Positions 26,721 to 36,247 of a DNA stretch of 64,000 nucleotides are shown one piece after another (positions within the stretch are counted from its first letter, which is position 1; every line of letters starts with the position of its first letter). This DNA comes from a bacterium (GTDB lineage Bacteria; Campylobacterota; Campylobacteria; Campylobacterales; Arcobacteraceae): positions 13,340 through 77,339 of the forward strand of contig JAHIWE010000113.1 in the NCBI GenBank assembly GCA_018816105.1, in the 5' to 3' direction. The notes beneath the pieces were generated by a model. The model was not told the origin of the DNA. It saw only the letters and a program-made list of their open reading frames with translations, and searched no databases. Made by a program: the position numbers and the translations under genes.

Positions 26721-27557
26721 TTATAAAATCGATGACACAAGAAGTTGTGTATATGGATGTTGTGGATCTTCTAAAATTTGATCTGTTAGTCCACTTTCTA
26801 CTATTTGACCATTTTTCATAACAACCGTAATATCTGTTAGGTGTTTAATAACGCCTAAATCATGGCTTACAACAACCATTGCAAAACCAATTTCATGCTG
26901 TAACTCTTTTATTAAATCAAGTATTTTTGCCTGAACTGATAAATCAAGTCCAGTTGTAGGCTCATCTAAAAGTAAAATCTTTGGATTAGAAGACAATGCT
27001 TTTGAAATTTGAATTCTTTGTTGTTGTCCACCTGAAAAATACTCAGGATAATCATCAATTCTACTTGTTGGAATCTCCGTTTTATCTAAGAAATACAAAG
27101 CTCTATTTCTAATCTCTTCATACTTTTTATTTCCACTTCCAATAACTTTTTGTGCAATATTTCCGCCTGCTGAAAAATTATAATTAAGTCCTAGTCTTGG
27201 ATTTTGGTAAATCATAGACATCAAAGAGTTTCTCAAAAAAGATAACTCATTTAGGTTTGCATCTAAGATGTTTTTTTTCTCACCTTTTGAATCAATAAAA
27301 TCTTTTACAAAAATCTCTCCAAGACTTGCTTTTTGGTCTTGATAAATAAGCTGTAAAAGTGTTGATTTTCCACTTCCACTCTCACCTACGATTCCTAAAA
27401 CTTCACCTTGATTTAAAGATAAATTTACATTATTCACACCAACTACGCTTTTACAAGTAGGACAAATTGAACTATTAAATGAAGCTCCGGTATGCTCTAG
27501 GCATTTAGGACAAAACTTTCCAAAAACCTTTGATAAATTTTTTATATCTAATATCAT
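26721..27557 (-). CDS. phnK: C-P lyase system ABC-ATPase subunit PhnK
   Basis: 'GIVGESGSGKST', 'FSGGQQQRIQI', 'DEPTTGLDLSVQA', 'EDPQHPYTQLLVSS'. Confidence 0.95.
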   Translation of the reverse strand: MILDIKNLSKVFGKFCPKCLEHTGASFNSSICPTCKSVVGVNNVNLSLNQGEVLGIVGESGSGKSTLLQLIYQDQKASLGEIFVKDFIDSKGEKKNILDANLNELSFLRNSLMSMIYQNPRLGLNYNFSAGGNIAQKVIGSGNKKYEEIRNRALYFLDKTEIPTSRIDDYPEYFSGGQQQRIQISKALSSNPKILLLDEPTTGLDLSVQAKILDLIKELQHEIGFAMVVVSHDLGVIKHLTDITVVMKNGQIVESGLTDQILEDPQHPYTQLLVSSIL

Positions 27558-28378
27558 TTTTTATCCCCACTTTGTTCATCACAATAATCTGTATCATTAC
27601 AATAATATTTTAACTCACCATTATCATCATACACTTCATCTAAAAATGAGTTTGAACTCCCACATCTTTGACAAACTTGCCCTTCGAAGTTTTCAACTTT
27701 AAACTCTCTATCTTCAAATTTAAGTGGTTCAACATTTGTATAAGGTGGAATTGCATAAATCTTCTTTTCACGTCCTGCACCAAAAAGCTGTAAAGCTTTG
27801 TTGTTATTTAGTTTTGGTGTATCATATTTTGGAATGGGACTTGGATCCATGGCATATCTGTTATGTACCATTACTGGATATCTATTTGAAATCCTACTAT
27901 CACCAAACATTGAAGTATCCTCATATAATAAAACCCATAGTTTTGAATAATCAGCATTTGCGTGCATAATTTTTTGTTTTGCTGTATTTGGCTCAACTGT
28001 TTCTAAAATATCAGGCATTGGAACTTGATACACAAGTGTTTGTCCCTCTTCTAACTCAATTTCAGGAATTCTATGTCTTGTTTGAATAATCGAAGCTTCA
28101 GTTGTTTTTGTTGTAGTTTTTACATTTGTAACTGAACTTATAAAATTTCTAATATTTACAGCATTTACACTTCCATCACAACCTTGGTCTATTACTTTTA
28201 AAGTATCACTTTCGTTTATAATTGCAAGTGTTATTTGCAATCCTCCAGTTCCCCAACCACGTGCTACTGGCATCTCTCTACTTGCAAAAGAGACAATATA
28301 TCCAGGAATTGCAATAGCTTTTAAAATAGATCTTCTAATCTCTTTTTTAGCTTCTTCATCTAAAAATGCATATCTCAT
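27554..28378 (-). CDS. phnJ: Alpha-D-ribose 1-methylphosphonate 5-phosphate C-P lyase (radical SAM)
   Basis: 'GWGTGGLQ', 'KVIDQG', 'IQTRHRIPE', 'GAGREKKIYAIPPYT', and the C-terminal Cx2C...Cx5C cluster motif. Confidence 0.97.
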   Translation of the reverse strand: MRYAFLDEEAKKEIRRSILKAIAIPGYIVSFASREMPVARGWGTGGLQITLAIINESDTLKVIDQGCDGSVNAVNIRNFISSVTNVKTTTKTTEASIIQTRHRIPEIELEEGQTLVYQVPMPDILETVEPNTAKQKIMHANADYSKLWVLLYEDTSMFGDSRISNRYPVMVHNRYAMDPSPIPKYDTPKLNNNKALQLFGAGREKKIYAIPPYTNVEPLKFEDREFKVENFEGQVCQRCGSSNSFLDEVYDDNGELKYYCNDTDYCDEQSGDKK

Positions 28379-29445
28379 TTTTTAGCTCCTTTTATATCTT
28401 CTTCTTTTACATATTTACTTGCACTTTTAAATACTTGATAATCAGTTTGAAATGTCACATAGTGTGGTAATTTATAGTGATTTGCAAAACCAAATGACTC
28501 TATTCCATCCACATGGTGCATCATCATTTCAAAATCACTAGCAACTATTTGTTCAGTTCCAACAGTATATGAGTCGTTGTATAAAGTTAAATCAATAATT
28601 GATATTGAAATAGCTTTTGTTTCATTTTTTCCAAAACAAAATCCAAAACCAGTTGTAAGTCTAGTTTGTCCATCACTATCTTTATTAAAAGTTCCAGCAC
28701 TCTCAACTGCTGTTGCTTCAATTGAACCTATTTTTACTTTATTTTTAGTAAAGGGATGGGTAAATACAATATCCAACTCCCCTATTCTTAAATCCCCAAT
28801 TGTAGGGTGAACATCACCATAACCTCTCATAGAGGTATATGCAAATCCAAGTAAACTTCCACTTTCACCTCTGCTCATAACTTGAAGTAAGGCACTTCGT
28901 GGATATGGAGCATTTGGGAATACCCTTGTAATATCCCACGGTTCTTGCTCTTTTGGTAATATTTTTATTAAATTATCTTCTCTTAATGGAGTTAGTGCTG
29001 ATTTAATTACATTATCTTTTGTTGAGTATTCTTCAATATCTACTTTTTCATTTTTTAGATCAACTAAAAGTTTTATTTCATAATCATTTGAAGCTCCTAA
29101 AAGTTGACCACCTTCAATATCTTTAAAAGCTGATGAAATTCTTCTTGTTAATCTCATATCATTTACATCTAACTCTTTACAAATTCCAATTCTTTGACAA
29201 GATGACCTATGCGCTCTTAAAAAAAATGAAGCATTTAATAAATCCCCTGCACTTCTTTTAATAGCACGAGCTGCGAGTTTTTTACTATATAAAGCACCCT
29301 CACTAAGAACTTTATCAATTGAAAAAGTAAAGGCATCTATTAAATCTTCATCATCAATTTTGCTAGATTTTGAAGTAATATCATTATAAAAATTCAAAGA
29401 GTTTCTAATAGCTTCTTCCCCACCTTTTATTGCATAATATGCCAT
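28375..29445 (-). CDS. phnI: C-P lyase complex subunit PhnI
   Basis: 'IKGGEEAI', 'RRISSAFKDIEGGQLLG', 'RGYGDVHP', 'NETKAIS', 'HVDGIESFGFANHYKLPHYVTFQ'. Confidence 0.96.
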   Translation of the reverse strand: MAYYAIKGGEEAIRNSLNFYNDITSKSSKIDDEDLIDAFTFSIDKVLSEGALYSKKLAARAIKRSAGDLLNASFFLRAHRSSCQRIGICKELDVNDMRLTRRISSAFKDIEGGQLLGASNDYEIKLLVDLKNEKVDIEEYSTKDNVIKSALTPLREDNLIKILPKEQEPWDITRVFPNAPYPRSALLQVMSRGESGSLLGFAYTSMRGYGDVHPTIGDLRIGELDIVFTHPFTKNKVKIGSIEATAVESAGTFNKDSDGQTRLTTGFGFCFGKNETKAISISIIDLTLYNDSYTVGTEQIVASDFEMMMHHVDGIESFGFANHYKLPHYVTFQTDYQVFKSASKYVKEEDIKGAKK

Positions 29446-29982
29446 TTAGATAACCTCCACTTTTGTAGTTCTTGATAGTGCAACTATTTGAGCATTTTCA
29501 TCTAAGAAGAAAACTTCATTTCCTAAAGGAAAATATGAATTTTTTTCATTAAAAAACTCGATAAACGACTTATCAACGGGAAGATTTACAATCTTTTCTT
29601 TATTAATTCCAGGACCACTTAGTTTTACTTTTAAACCATTAAAATCCTTACATTTAAAAATCAAAGTTCCTGAAAATTCAGGGTCCTTTGAAGTTCCTAT
29701 TTTTCCTTTAGTAAGTAAATATTCATTTATTTCATCACAAAAAATATAATCAGCTTCACACTCTTTAGTTTTTGATGCATTTGTAATTGCATCAAGTAAA
29801 TCAAACTCTTCAATACCTTCATAAAAATAACTCACTTCTGAATAAAGTAAACAATTTGCAATTGCCAAAAGATTTGATTCAAAAAGTGGTTTTATTTTTT
29901 CTATATTTCCTGGCATTGATAAGGCATTCATTATTGATTTAAAATTTTCTCTATTTAATTTTTCTATATCAACTATATTCAT
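29446..29982 (-). CDS. phnH: C-P lyase subunit PhnH
   Basis: 'MNALSMPG', 'GTSKDPEFSGTL', 'LSGPGI', 'FPLG', 'LSRTT'. Confidence 0.93.
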   Translation of the reverse strand: MNIVDIEKLNRENFKSIMNALSMPGNIEKIKPLFESNLLAIANCLLYSEVSYFYEGIEEFDLLDAITNASKTKECEADYIFCDEINEYLLTKGKIGTSKDPEFSGTLIFKCKDFNGLKVKLSGPGINKEKIVNLPVDKSFIEFFNEKNSYFPLGNEVFFLDENAQIVALSRTTKVEVI

Positions 29983-29994
29983 TTTTTATCCAAT

Positions 29995-30408
29995 TTAAAG
30001 TAAATCAAAAGAAACACGAGTTGAGTTTACTTTTTGATTTATTTTTCTATTTTTTTCTTCATTATCATTTTTTGCATTTTCTAAAATATTTGTTATTTCA
30101 TCTGTATAAATATTTGCCTCAAAACAAGCATCTAGTGATGCTATGTAAAGAGATAATTCTTCGTTACTATCCATTACCATTGCCCAACCTTTTGTATTTT
30201 CAACCTGAACAATAGTTGAAGTTACAAGAACTTCACCTGCATAAAAACTCCCATTTGAAATGGGATCTTTTACAGGAACAAGTAAAGTTTGTTCAGTTGG
30301 TGCTGTTAAAACTTTTACACCATAATTTTCATCAATTTTTTCATATAATTTTTTTAATTCTTCAATTTTTACTAATTGAGCAAAATTGTTAATATCTTCT
30401 CTTTTCAT
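29995..30408 (-). CDS. phnG: C-P lyase subunit PhnG
   Basis: 'FYAGEVLVT', 'VNSTRVSF', position upstream of phnH. Confidence 0.9.
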   Translation of the reverse strand: MKREDINNFAQLVKIEELKKLYEKIDENYGVKVLTAPTEQTLLVPVKDPISNGSFYAGEVLVTSTIVQVENTKGWAMVMDSNEELSLYIASLDACFEANIYTDEITNILENAKNDNEEKNRKINQKVNSTRVSFDLL

Positions 30409-31266
30409 TTATATAAACCTTTTTCTAATTACTGAACTTAACTTATCTAAAGCCCAAACGGTAATCACAATAATTATAATAATCGTACAAACGTCATTGT
30501 TTTCAAATGCTCTCATTTTGTCAAACAGATAAAATCCAATCCCACCAGCTCCTACAAATCCTAAAATAGAGGCACTTCTAACATCTGATTCAAATCTATA
30601 TAAAGCCATTGAAATAAAATGTGGCATAGTTTGAGGAATAACAGCAAATACTAAAACTTTTATAAATCCAGCACCTGTTGTTGTTAAAGCTTCAACAGGA
30701 CCTGGATCAATTGCTTCATTTCCTTCACTAAGTAGCTTACACAATACTCCTGATGTATGAATCCCCAAAGCTAAAATTCCAGCCATTGGTCCAAGACCAA
30801 CTGCACTTACAAAAATTAAGGCCCAAATAATTTCATTAATTGATCTAAAAATATTTGCAACTAAAGTTGCACTTGCATATATTGTTTTTTTAATAAATTC
30901 ATGAAAAGGAGTTTTTCCAGGAATTAAAATATTTAATATATTTCTTGAACACATATATGACAATGGAACTGCGATAATTATAGAAATCACCAAAGCAATT
31001 ATTGCCATTTGAATAGTTTCAAGCATAGCTAGAGAATAATCCATTAAATCACTACTATTTAGATTTGGAGGAAAGAATCCACTATCTTCAATTTCAGGAT
31101 TTCCCATAATATATTCATGCATATATCTTCCACCATCAATTAAAAATGATATATCCATTTGAGTATCGTTCCAACTTTTTACAACTATTAGAACAAGTAT
31201 AAGTATTATCAGTGTCTTATAAAAAGAAAAAGGATTACTCTCTTTTCTTAATTCATTTACATTCAT
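30409..31266 (-). CDS. phnE: Phosphonate ABC transporter permease
   Basis: 'RSINEIIWALIF', 'GLGPMAGILAL', 'YRFESDVRSASILGFVGAGGIG'. Confidence 0.95.
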   Translation of the reverse strand: MNVNELRKESNPFSFYKTLIILILVLIVVKSWNDTQMDISFLIDGGRYMHEYIMGNPEIEDSGFFPPNLNSSDLMDYSLAMLETIQMAIIALVISIIIAVPLSYMCSRNILNILIPGKTPFHEFIKKTIYASATLVANIFRSINEIIWALIFVSAVGLGPMAGILALGIHTSGVLCKLLSEGNEAIDPGPVEALTTTGAGFIKVLVFAVIPQTMPHFISMALYRFESDVRSASILGFVGAGGIGFYLFDKMRAFENNDVCTIIIIIVITVWALDKLSSVIRKRFI

Positions 31267-31281
31267 CTATTTTCCTTGAAA

Positions 31282-31307
31282 TAAAAGAGAAGAAATCTTC
31301 TCTTTTA
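31282..31307 (-). terminator. Stem-loop between phnD and phnE
   Basis: taaaagagaaga-aa-tcttctctttta inverted repeat (about 11-bp stem); on the minus strand it is followed by a T-rich stretch. Confidence 0.7.
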
Positions 31308-31313
31308 AAATAT

Positions 31314-32180
31314 TTATTTTTTAGCTTCTAACTGTTTTTTTACTTCAATTAAATCTCTAACAGGGTTATACATAGAATCATTTGCTTCTACATAACCTTT
31401 AATTTTTAATTTCTCTAAACCATCTTTATCCCTATAAGAAAGAAATGCTTCTTTTAATGCCATTTTTAAAGATACTGGTAAATCACCACGTGCTGCCATT
31501 GGAGAACCAGGAATTAAATCAGAAGTCCAAATAATGTTAAAATCATTTTCATTCCATGCTTTTCCCAATCCTCTGTTATAATCTAAAGTATTTGTTGAAG
31601 CAGCATCAACTTTTCCTGCTTTAATTGATAATATTGAAGCCTCATGCCCACCTGAATATAAAACTTTTGAAAAATATTGTTGAGGATCAATTCCTGATTT
31701 TGAAAACATTACCATTGGAACTAAAGTTCCTGAAGTTGATTGAGATGATGTAAATGCCCAAGTTTTACCTTTGATAGAATCTAAAGTATTTAAACCACTA
31801 TCTTTTTTAGTAATAATAATCCCTTTATAACCTGGTAATCCAGATTCTGCATCAACTTCAACAACTAAAGCTTCTGCATTTGCTCTTTTTTGTGCTTCAA
31901 CATAAGATTTTGGGCCAAAATAAGCCACATCAATATGTTTATGTTGCATACCTGTAATTACACCTGTGTAATCACCTGCAAGTTGTAATTCAACTTTAAT
32001 ACCTAATTTTTTTGCTAAATGATCTGTTAAAGCTGAAAAATTCTCTTTCATTGATGTTGAACCAGCAACTGGAATTACTCCAAAATTGATTTTTTCTGGC
32101 CATTTTTCTTCAGCCATTGTTGTAGTTACACTAAGACCTAATGCAAGAGTTGCAAGTGCGATTTTTTTGATTAGTTTCAT
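31314..32180 (-). CDS. phnD: Phosphonate ABC transporter substrate-binding protein
   Basis: Signal peptide, 'YFGPKSYV', 'STSGTLVP', 'SGGHEASI'. Confidence 0.95.
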   Translation of the reverse strand: MKLIKKIALATLALGLSVTTTMAEEKWPEKINFGVIPVAGSTSMKENFSALTDHLAKKLGIKVELQLAGDYTGVITGMQHKHIDVAYFGPKSYVEAQKRANAEALVVEVDAESGLPGYKGIIITKKDSGLNTLDSIKGKTWAFTSSQSTSGTLVPMVMFSKSGIDPQQYFSKVLYSGGHEASILSIKAGKVDAASTNTLDYNRGLGKAWNENDFNIIWTSDLIPGSPMAARGDLPVSLKMALKEAFLSYRDKDGLEKLKIKGYVEANDSMYNPVRDLIEVKKQLEAKK

Positions 32181-32215
32181 TTTTATTTCCTATTTATAGA
32201 TAATTTATTACACTA

Positions 32216-32947
32216 TTAATTAGCATAAATTTTTTCAACTAACTTTTCAGTTAAGTTTTCACTGTTGTCGTCAAAAACTACTGTTCCATTATTAACTCCG
32301 ATTATTCTGTCACAGTACTCTTTGGCATACTCCAAATGATGAAGGTTTGCAATTACGGTTACCCCATAAGTTTCATTAACCTTCTTCAAAATCTCCATAA
32401 CTTTTCTGGCACTTTTAGGATCAAGTGCAGATACAGGCTCATCAGCTAAGATAATCTTTGGTTCAGCGGCCAAAGCACGCGCAATTGCAACTCGCTGTCT
32501 TTGGCCTCCCGAAAGTTCATCACATCTTTTCATTGAATGTTTAGTAATATCAACAATATCCATATACTCTTTTGCTTTTTTTAGCTCCTTATCTTTATAA
32601 AGTTTAATAATTGCTCTACTTAATGGGATATCTTTTAACATGCCACTAATCACATTGTCTAAAACAGAAAGTCTATCAACAAGATTATAACCTTGAAAAA
32701 TCACACCAATTTGCTCTCTTAATTTAATTAGATTTTTCTTTTTAATATTATGTAAATCAAAATCTAAAACCTCAAATTTTCCATTAAATACTTTTATTCC
32801 ACCAGTAATTGACATCAATAAAGTAGATTTACCAGCACCACTTGGGCCAATGATTCCTATAAACTCACCTTTTTTTACTTTTAAATCTATATCTTTTAAA
32901 ATAATTTCTTTTTTATAACCTAAGGTTAAATTTTTCATTTTTATCAC
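32216..32947 (-). CDS. phnC: Phosphonate ABC transporter ATP-binding protein
   Basis: 'GPSGAGKST', 'IFQGYNLVDRL', 'LSGGQRQRVAIAR', 'ADEPVSALDP', 'NLHH'. Confidence 0.95.
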   Translation of the reverse strand: MIKMKNLTLGYKKEIILKDIDLKVKKGEFIGIIGPSGAGKSTLLMSITGGIKVFNGKFEVLDFDLHNIKKKNLIKLREQIGVIFQGYNLVDRLSVLDNVISGMLKDIPLSRAIIKLYKDKELKKAKEYMDIVDITKHSMKRCDELSGGQRQRVAIARALAAEPKIILADEPVSALDPKSARKVMEILKKVNETYGVTVIANLHHLEYAKEYCDRIIGVNNGTVVFDDNSENLTEKLVEKIYAN

Positions 32948-32960
32948 TATAAACTCCTGT

Positions 32961-33686
32961 TTAAATTAAATCTACTTTTATCTTGCAAATATCACCTCTA
33001 AAATAACTTGTTCCATATTCAACAAAATTTCCATTTTGGTCTTTTGAAATAGTACAAGCTGCTAATAAAGGAGAATTACTTGGCATCATCAAAAGTGTAC
33101 TTTGTTCTTTTGTTGCCATTACAGATTCAAAAATCGTCGAGATTTTTGTAACTTCTAAATTGGGATATGATTTTTCTAAGATTTTGTATAAAGAAAATGG
33201 TTTGCAATCGAGATTATTGATAAGTTCTCTATAAAGATAAGCATCAAAGTATGAATATGAAATAGAAATAGGTAAATCATTTGCAAATCTTAAAAGTCTA
33301 AATTCAATAACTTTTAATTTTGTATTAATACCAAGATTTTTAGCAACATCTTCACTAGCTTCAATAATATCAACACCTAAAAGAGTTGTTTTAGGTTCAT
33401 AACCTAAATCAAGTATTTTAGAGCTATAAGAACTTTTATCACTAATAGAATATGGAACTTTTATATTTGATATATAGGTTCCCTTTCCTAAAATTGTATA
33501 AATAAAACCTTCACTTTTTAATAACTCCAAAGCTTGTCTTATAGTATGTCTATTTACACAAAACTCTTTTGCAAATTCATTTTCAGAAGGTAATTTATCA
33601 TAGTTGTTATATTTTTTATTTTCAATATTATTTAAAATCTTTTCATACAATTTTAAATACATTGGTTTATCAGATTTTTTAAGCAA
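32961..33686 (-). CDS. phnF: GntR/HutC-family phosphonate regulator
   Basis: wHTH 'LPSENEFAKEFCVNRHTIRQAL...GKGTY' plus UTRA domain; first gene of the phn operon. Confidence 0.9.
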   Translation of the reverse strand: MLKKSDKPMYLKLYEKILNNIENKKYNNYDKLPSENEFAKEFCVNRHTIRQALELLKSEGFIYTILGKGTYISNIKVPYSISDKSSYSSKILDLGYEPKTTLLGVDIIEASEDVAKNLGINTKLKVIEFRLLRFANDLPISISYSYFDAYLYRELINNLDCKPFSLYKILEKSYPNLEVTKISTIFESVMATKEQSTLLMMPSNSPLLAACTISKDQNGNFVEYGTSYFRGDICKIKVDLI

Positions 33687-33698
33687 TTTGTTCCTTTA

Positions 33699-33716
33699 TA
33701 CATGTCTATACAAGTT
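33699..33716. promoter_or_regulatory. Putative PhnF operator 2
   Basis: tacatGTCTATACaagtt, 15/18 identical to operator 1; lies between the -10 and the phnF SD. Confidence 0.65.
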
Positions 33717-33727
33717 AAACTCATGAA

Positions 33728-33761
33728 AGTATAAGAAAGGTGAATTACAGATAGATTACAA
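33728..33761 (-). promoter_or_regulatory. Pho-box-like site plus -10 of the phn operon
   Basis: Minus strand: TTGTAAT-CTAT-CTGTAAT (33761-33744), 10 nt, TATACT (33733-33728). Confidence 0.75.
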
Positions 33762-33777
33762 CTTGTATATACAAGTT
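33760..33777. promoter_or_regulatory. Putative PhnF operator 1
   Basis: Perfect 18-bp palindrome aacttGTATATACaagtt with the GTnTAnAC core typical of HutC-subfamily GntR operators. Confidence 0.75.
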
Positions 33778-33800
33778 AAAGCCCTTGTATAGGGCTTTTA
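33778..33800 (-). terminator. Terminator of the DUF455 gene
   Basis: aaagccct-tgtat-agggcttt, an 8-bp stem downstream of the minus-strand gene ending at 33855. Confidence 0.65.
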
Positions 33801-33854
33801 ATAATTAATTTTATAAAGATAAGGTTTGTGGGTATTTATAGTAATTATTTAAGA

Positions 33855-34673
33855 CTAATTACAATCTTCTTTTTTAGATAATTTTTTTAGTTCGTTACAA
33901 GAAAAACCAGCTAATTTTCTAGCATCAAAGTTTAAATCCATTTTTCTACTTGTACTTCCTGGGAAAACTTCTTCAATAATTTGTAAATATGTAGATTCAG
34001 GTTCTAAGTTTAATCTTTCACATTCATATTTAAACCAAGTATCACCTTTTTTTACATGATCAACTTCTTCTTCAAGAATAATTGCTAAAACATCTAATAG
34101 TTTTAAATTAAAAGCATCCCTATTAGATTTTAACTTTTCCATAATTTTTGGATTTTGATCAAGTCCGTTTGCTTCTAAATATCTTGGAACTGCTGCCATT
34201 CTTCGTAAAAACTCAGGAGTTTGCTCCATTGCCTCAAATAAATTCTTATGAACAGCAAAATCACCATACTTACCATCAAGCTCAAATAACAACTCTTCTA
34301 GCATTAAAAAATGTCTAATTTCATCATCTGCTACTTCTAACCAATCTTTATAATATTCAATTGGCATATTTTTATACCTAAGTGCTGCATCTAAAGCTAA
34401 ATCAATAGCTGAATACTCAATATGAAGTATTGTATGTACTAAATATTTTTTACCTTCAATTGTATTAAAATTTTTAATAGGAGGTAAAGCTGTTGGTTTT
34501 ACAATTTGTAAAAATGGAAAATACGAAGGCTTATCTAAAACATAAGGTTCGTAGGAATCATTAAACATAAAATTATTATTTAAAAAATTCTTATAAAAAA
34601 TTTTGAATTTTTGAATTTTATCTTTTGGCTCACTTGTTAGTAAAATTTCCTCAAGTGCATTAAAATAATCCAT
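33855..34673 (-). CDS. Ferritin-like di-iron protein (DUF455 family)
   Basis: 'HIEYSAIDLA', 'DDEIRHF', 'LEANGLD', 'EEEVDHV' carboxylate/His motifs. Confidence 0.85.
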   Translation of the reverse strand: MDYFNALEEILLTSEPKDKIQKFKIFYKNFLNNNFMFNDSYEPYVLDKPSYFPFLQIVKPTALPPIKNFNTIEGKKYLVHTILHIEYSAIDLALDAALRYKNMPIEYYKDWLEVADDEIRHFLMLEELLFELDGKYGDFAVHKNLFEAMEQTPEFLRRMAAVPRYLEANGLDQNPKIMEKLKSNRDAFNLKLLDVLAIILEEEVDHVKKGDTWFKYECERLNLEPESTYLQIIEEVFPGSTSRKMDLNFDARKLAGFSCNELKKLSKKEDCN

Positions 34674-34726
34674 AAATAACCTCTTTTTTGATATAATCTA
34701 GTAATTTTAGCAAAGTAAGGTTTAAA

Positions 34727-35320
34727 ATGGATATAAAAGTACAAGCAATGGGTGATTATCAAACAAATTGTTATATATTTACAATTGATGGTAAAGATAT
34801 TATCATAGATCCAGGGGTAAATGCTCTTAGGTGGATTGATTCAAAAGTAACTAATCCAATTGCAATATTGAATACCCATGGACATTTTGATCATGTATGG
34901 TCAAATCAAGAAGTAAAAGATAAGTATAATCTAAAAATATACACTCCAAAAGATGATAACTTTATGTTAAAAAAAGATCCTTATGGATTAGGGATGCCTC
35001 CTTCAACTGCCGATGTATTAATACAACCAGATGAAGAAATTGAATTAGAAGGAATAAAAATAAAATTCCATCATTTCCCAGGTCATACACCTGGCTGTTC
35101 TGCAATACAGATAAATGAGCATTTATTTACAGGTGATTTTATTTTCAAAGGTACTATTGGAAGATTTGATTTTCCAAACTCAGATGCTATGCTTATGAAA
35201 AAAAGTATAAATAAGATTCTAAAATGGGATCAAGATTTTCATATTTATCCAGGTCATGGTGATAAAACTACACTAAAAAGTGAAATCCAAACACTTAAAC
35301 AATGGGAAAGACATATTTAA
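34727..35320 (+). CDS. MBL-fold metallo-hydrolase (glyoxalase II-like)
   Basis: 'QTNCY', 'IDPG', 'THGHFDH', 'PGHTPG', 'FTGD', 'PGHG'. Confidence 0.92.
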   Translation: MDIKVQAMGDYQTNCYIFTIDGKDIIIDPGVNALRWIDSKVTNPIAILNTHGHFDHVWSNQEVKDKYNLKIYTPKDDNFMLKKDPYGLGMPPSTADVLIQPDEEIELEGIKIKFHHFPGHTPGCSAIQINEHLFTGDFIFKGTIGRFDFPNSDAMLMKKSINKILKWDQDFHIYPGHGDKTTLKSEIQTLKQWERHI

Positions 35321-35335
35321 TAAAGGTTTTGTGAA

Positions 35336-36238
35336 ATGAATTTATCTTTTGAAACGATAATAAAAGAAAATGAAAAACTAAAATTAACAGATTTAGAAAA
35401 AAGTAGCCTTAATGTATATGAATATTTAAAACTACATCATCATATTAATTTTTTAGTTATTGATATTAAAAAAAACAATTTATTAGAAAATATCTTTACA
35501 TATGATGATGGGGATTTTGATTATTTTACAAATACTTTATCTTTTCAACAAAATAGAAATACTGATATAATTTTTAAATTTTTATCAAAAGATGAAAAAG
35601 AGTATGAAATAATTAAAAATGATTTAGCAAATATAAATATGTCTTTACAAATTTTTTCCCAATCATTATTTAACAAATATATGGAAAAAATCCTAAATGA
35701 GATCTCATTAATAGATCAAGTTACAGGCTCATATAATCGTTCATATTTGGATAACTATGTTTCAAATTTACTTAGTTTATCAAATAGAGAACAGAAAAAA
35801 ATTGCATTTATTAAAGTTGGAATAGATCAATTTAAAGCAGTAATTGATGAGTTTGATTATGAAGTTGGAGATAAAGTTTTAAAAACTCTTGCTTCTAGCT
35901 TAAAAGATAGTGTAAGAGAATCAGATATTATTATTAAAATTTCAAGTGATGAATTTTTAGTTATTTTATTAAATATTATTAATGAAAATAATGCCATAAT
36001 AATATCAGAAAAATTAATTAATAATTTCAGTAAACAAAAAGTTGTTGTAAATGAAAATACTAATCAAACTCTTATGAAAACTATTTGTAGTGGTATTTCA
36101 ATATACCCAGATAATGCATCAAGTATAGATGAAATAATAAAAAAATCTGACATAGCTCTATATGAAGCTAGAAACAGAGGTCGAAATCAGATTTTCTTAT
36201 TTAATGAAGAAGATACAAACAAAATAGATTTTTTTTAG
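35336..36238 (+). CDS. Degenerate GGDEF-domain protein (SSDEF, RxxD I-site retained)
   Basis: 'DQVTGSYNR', 'GIDQFKAVIDEFDY', 'RESD-IIIKI-SSDEF', 'ADIAL'-like 'SDIALYEARNRGRN'. Confidence 0.85.
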   Translation: MNLSFETIIKENEKLKLTDLEKSSLNVYEYLKLHHHINFLVIDIKKNNLLENIFTYDDGDFDYFTNTLSFQQNRNTDIIFKFLSKDEKEYEIIKNDLANINMSLQIFSQSLFNKYMEKILNEISLIDQVTGSYNRSYLDNYVSNLLSLSNREQKKIAFIKVGIDQFKAVIDEFDYEVGDKVLKTLASSLKDSVRESDIIIKISSDEFLVILLNIINENNAIIISEKLINNFSKQKVVVNENTNQTLMKTICSGISIYPDNASSIDEIIKKSDIALYEARNRGRNQIFLFNEEDTNKIDFF

Positions 36239-36247
36239 GTAGGTAAT

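Noticed and set aside
33783-33791. Third PhnF half-site (cttgtatag)
   Set aside because: It falls in the loop and stem of the upstream gene's terminator and lacks the second half of the palindrome.
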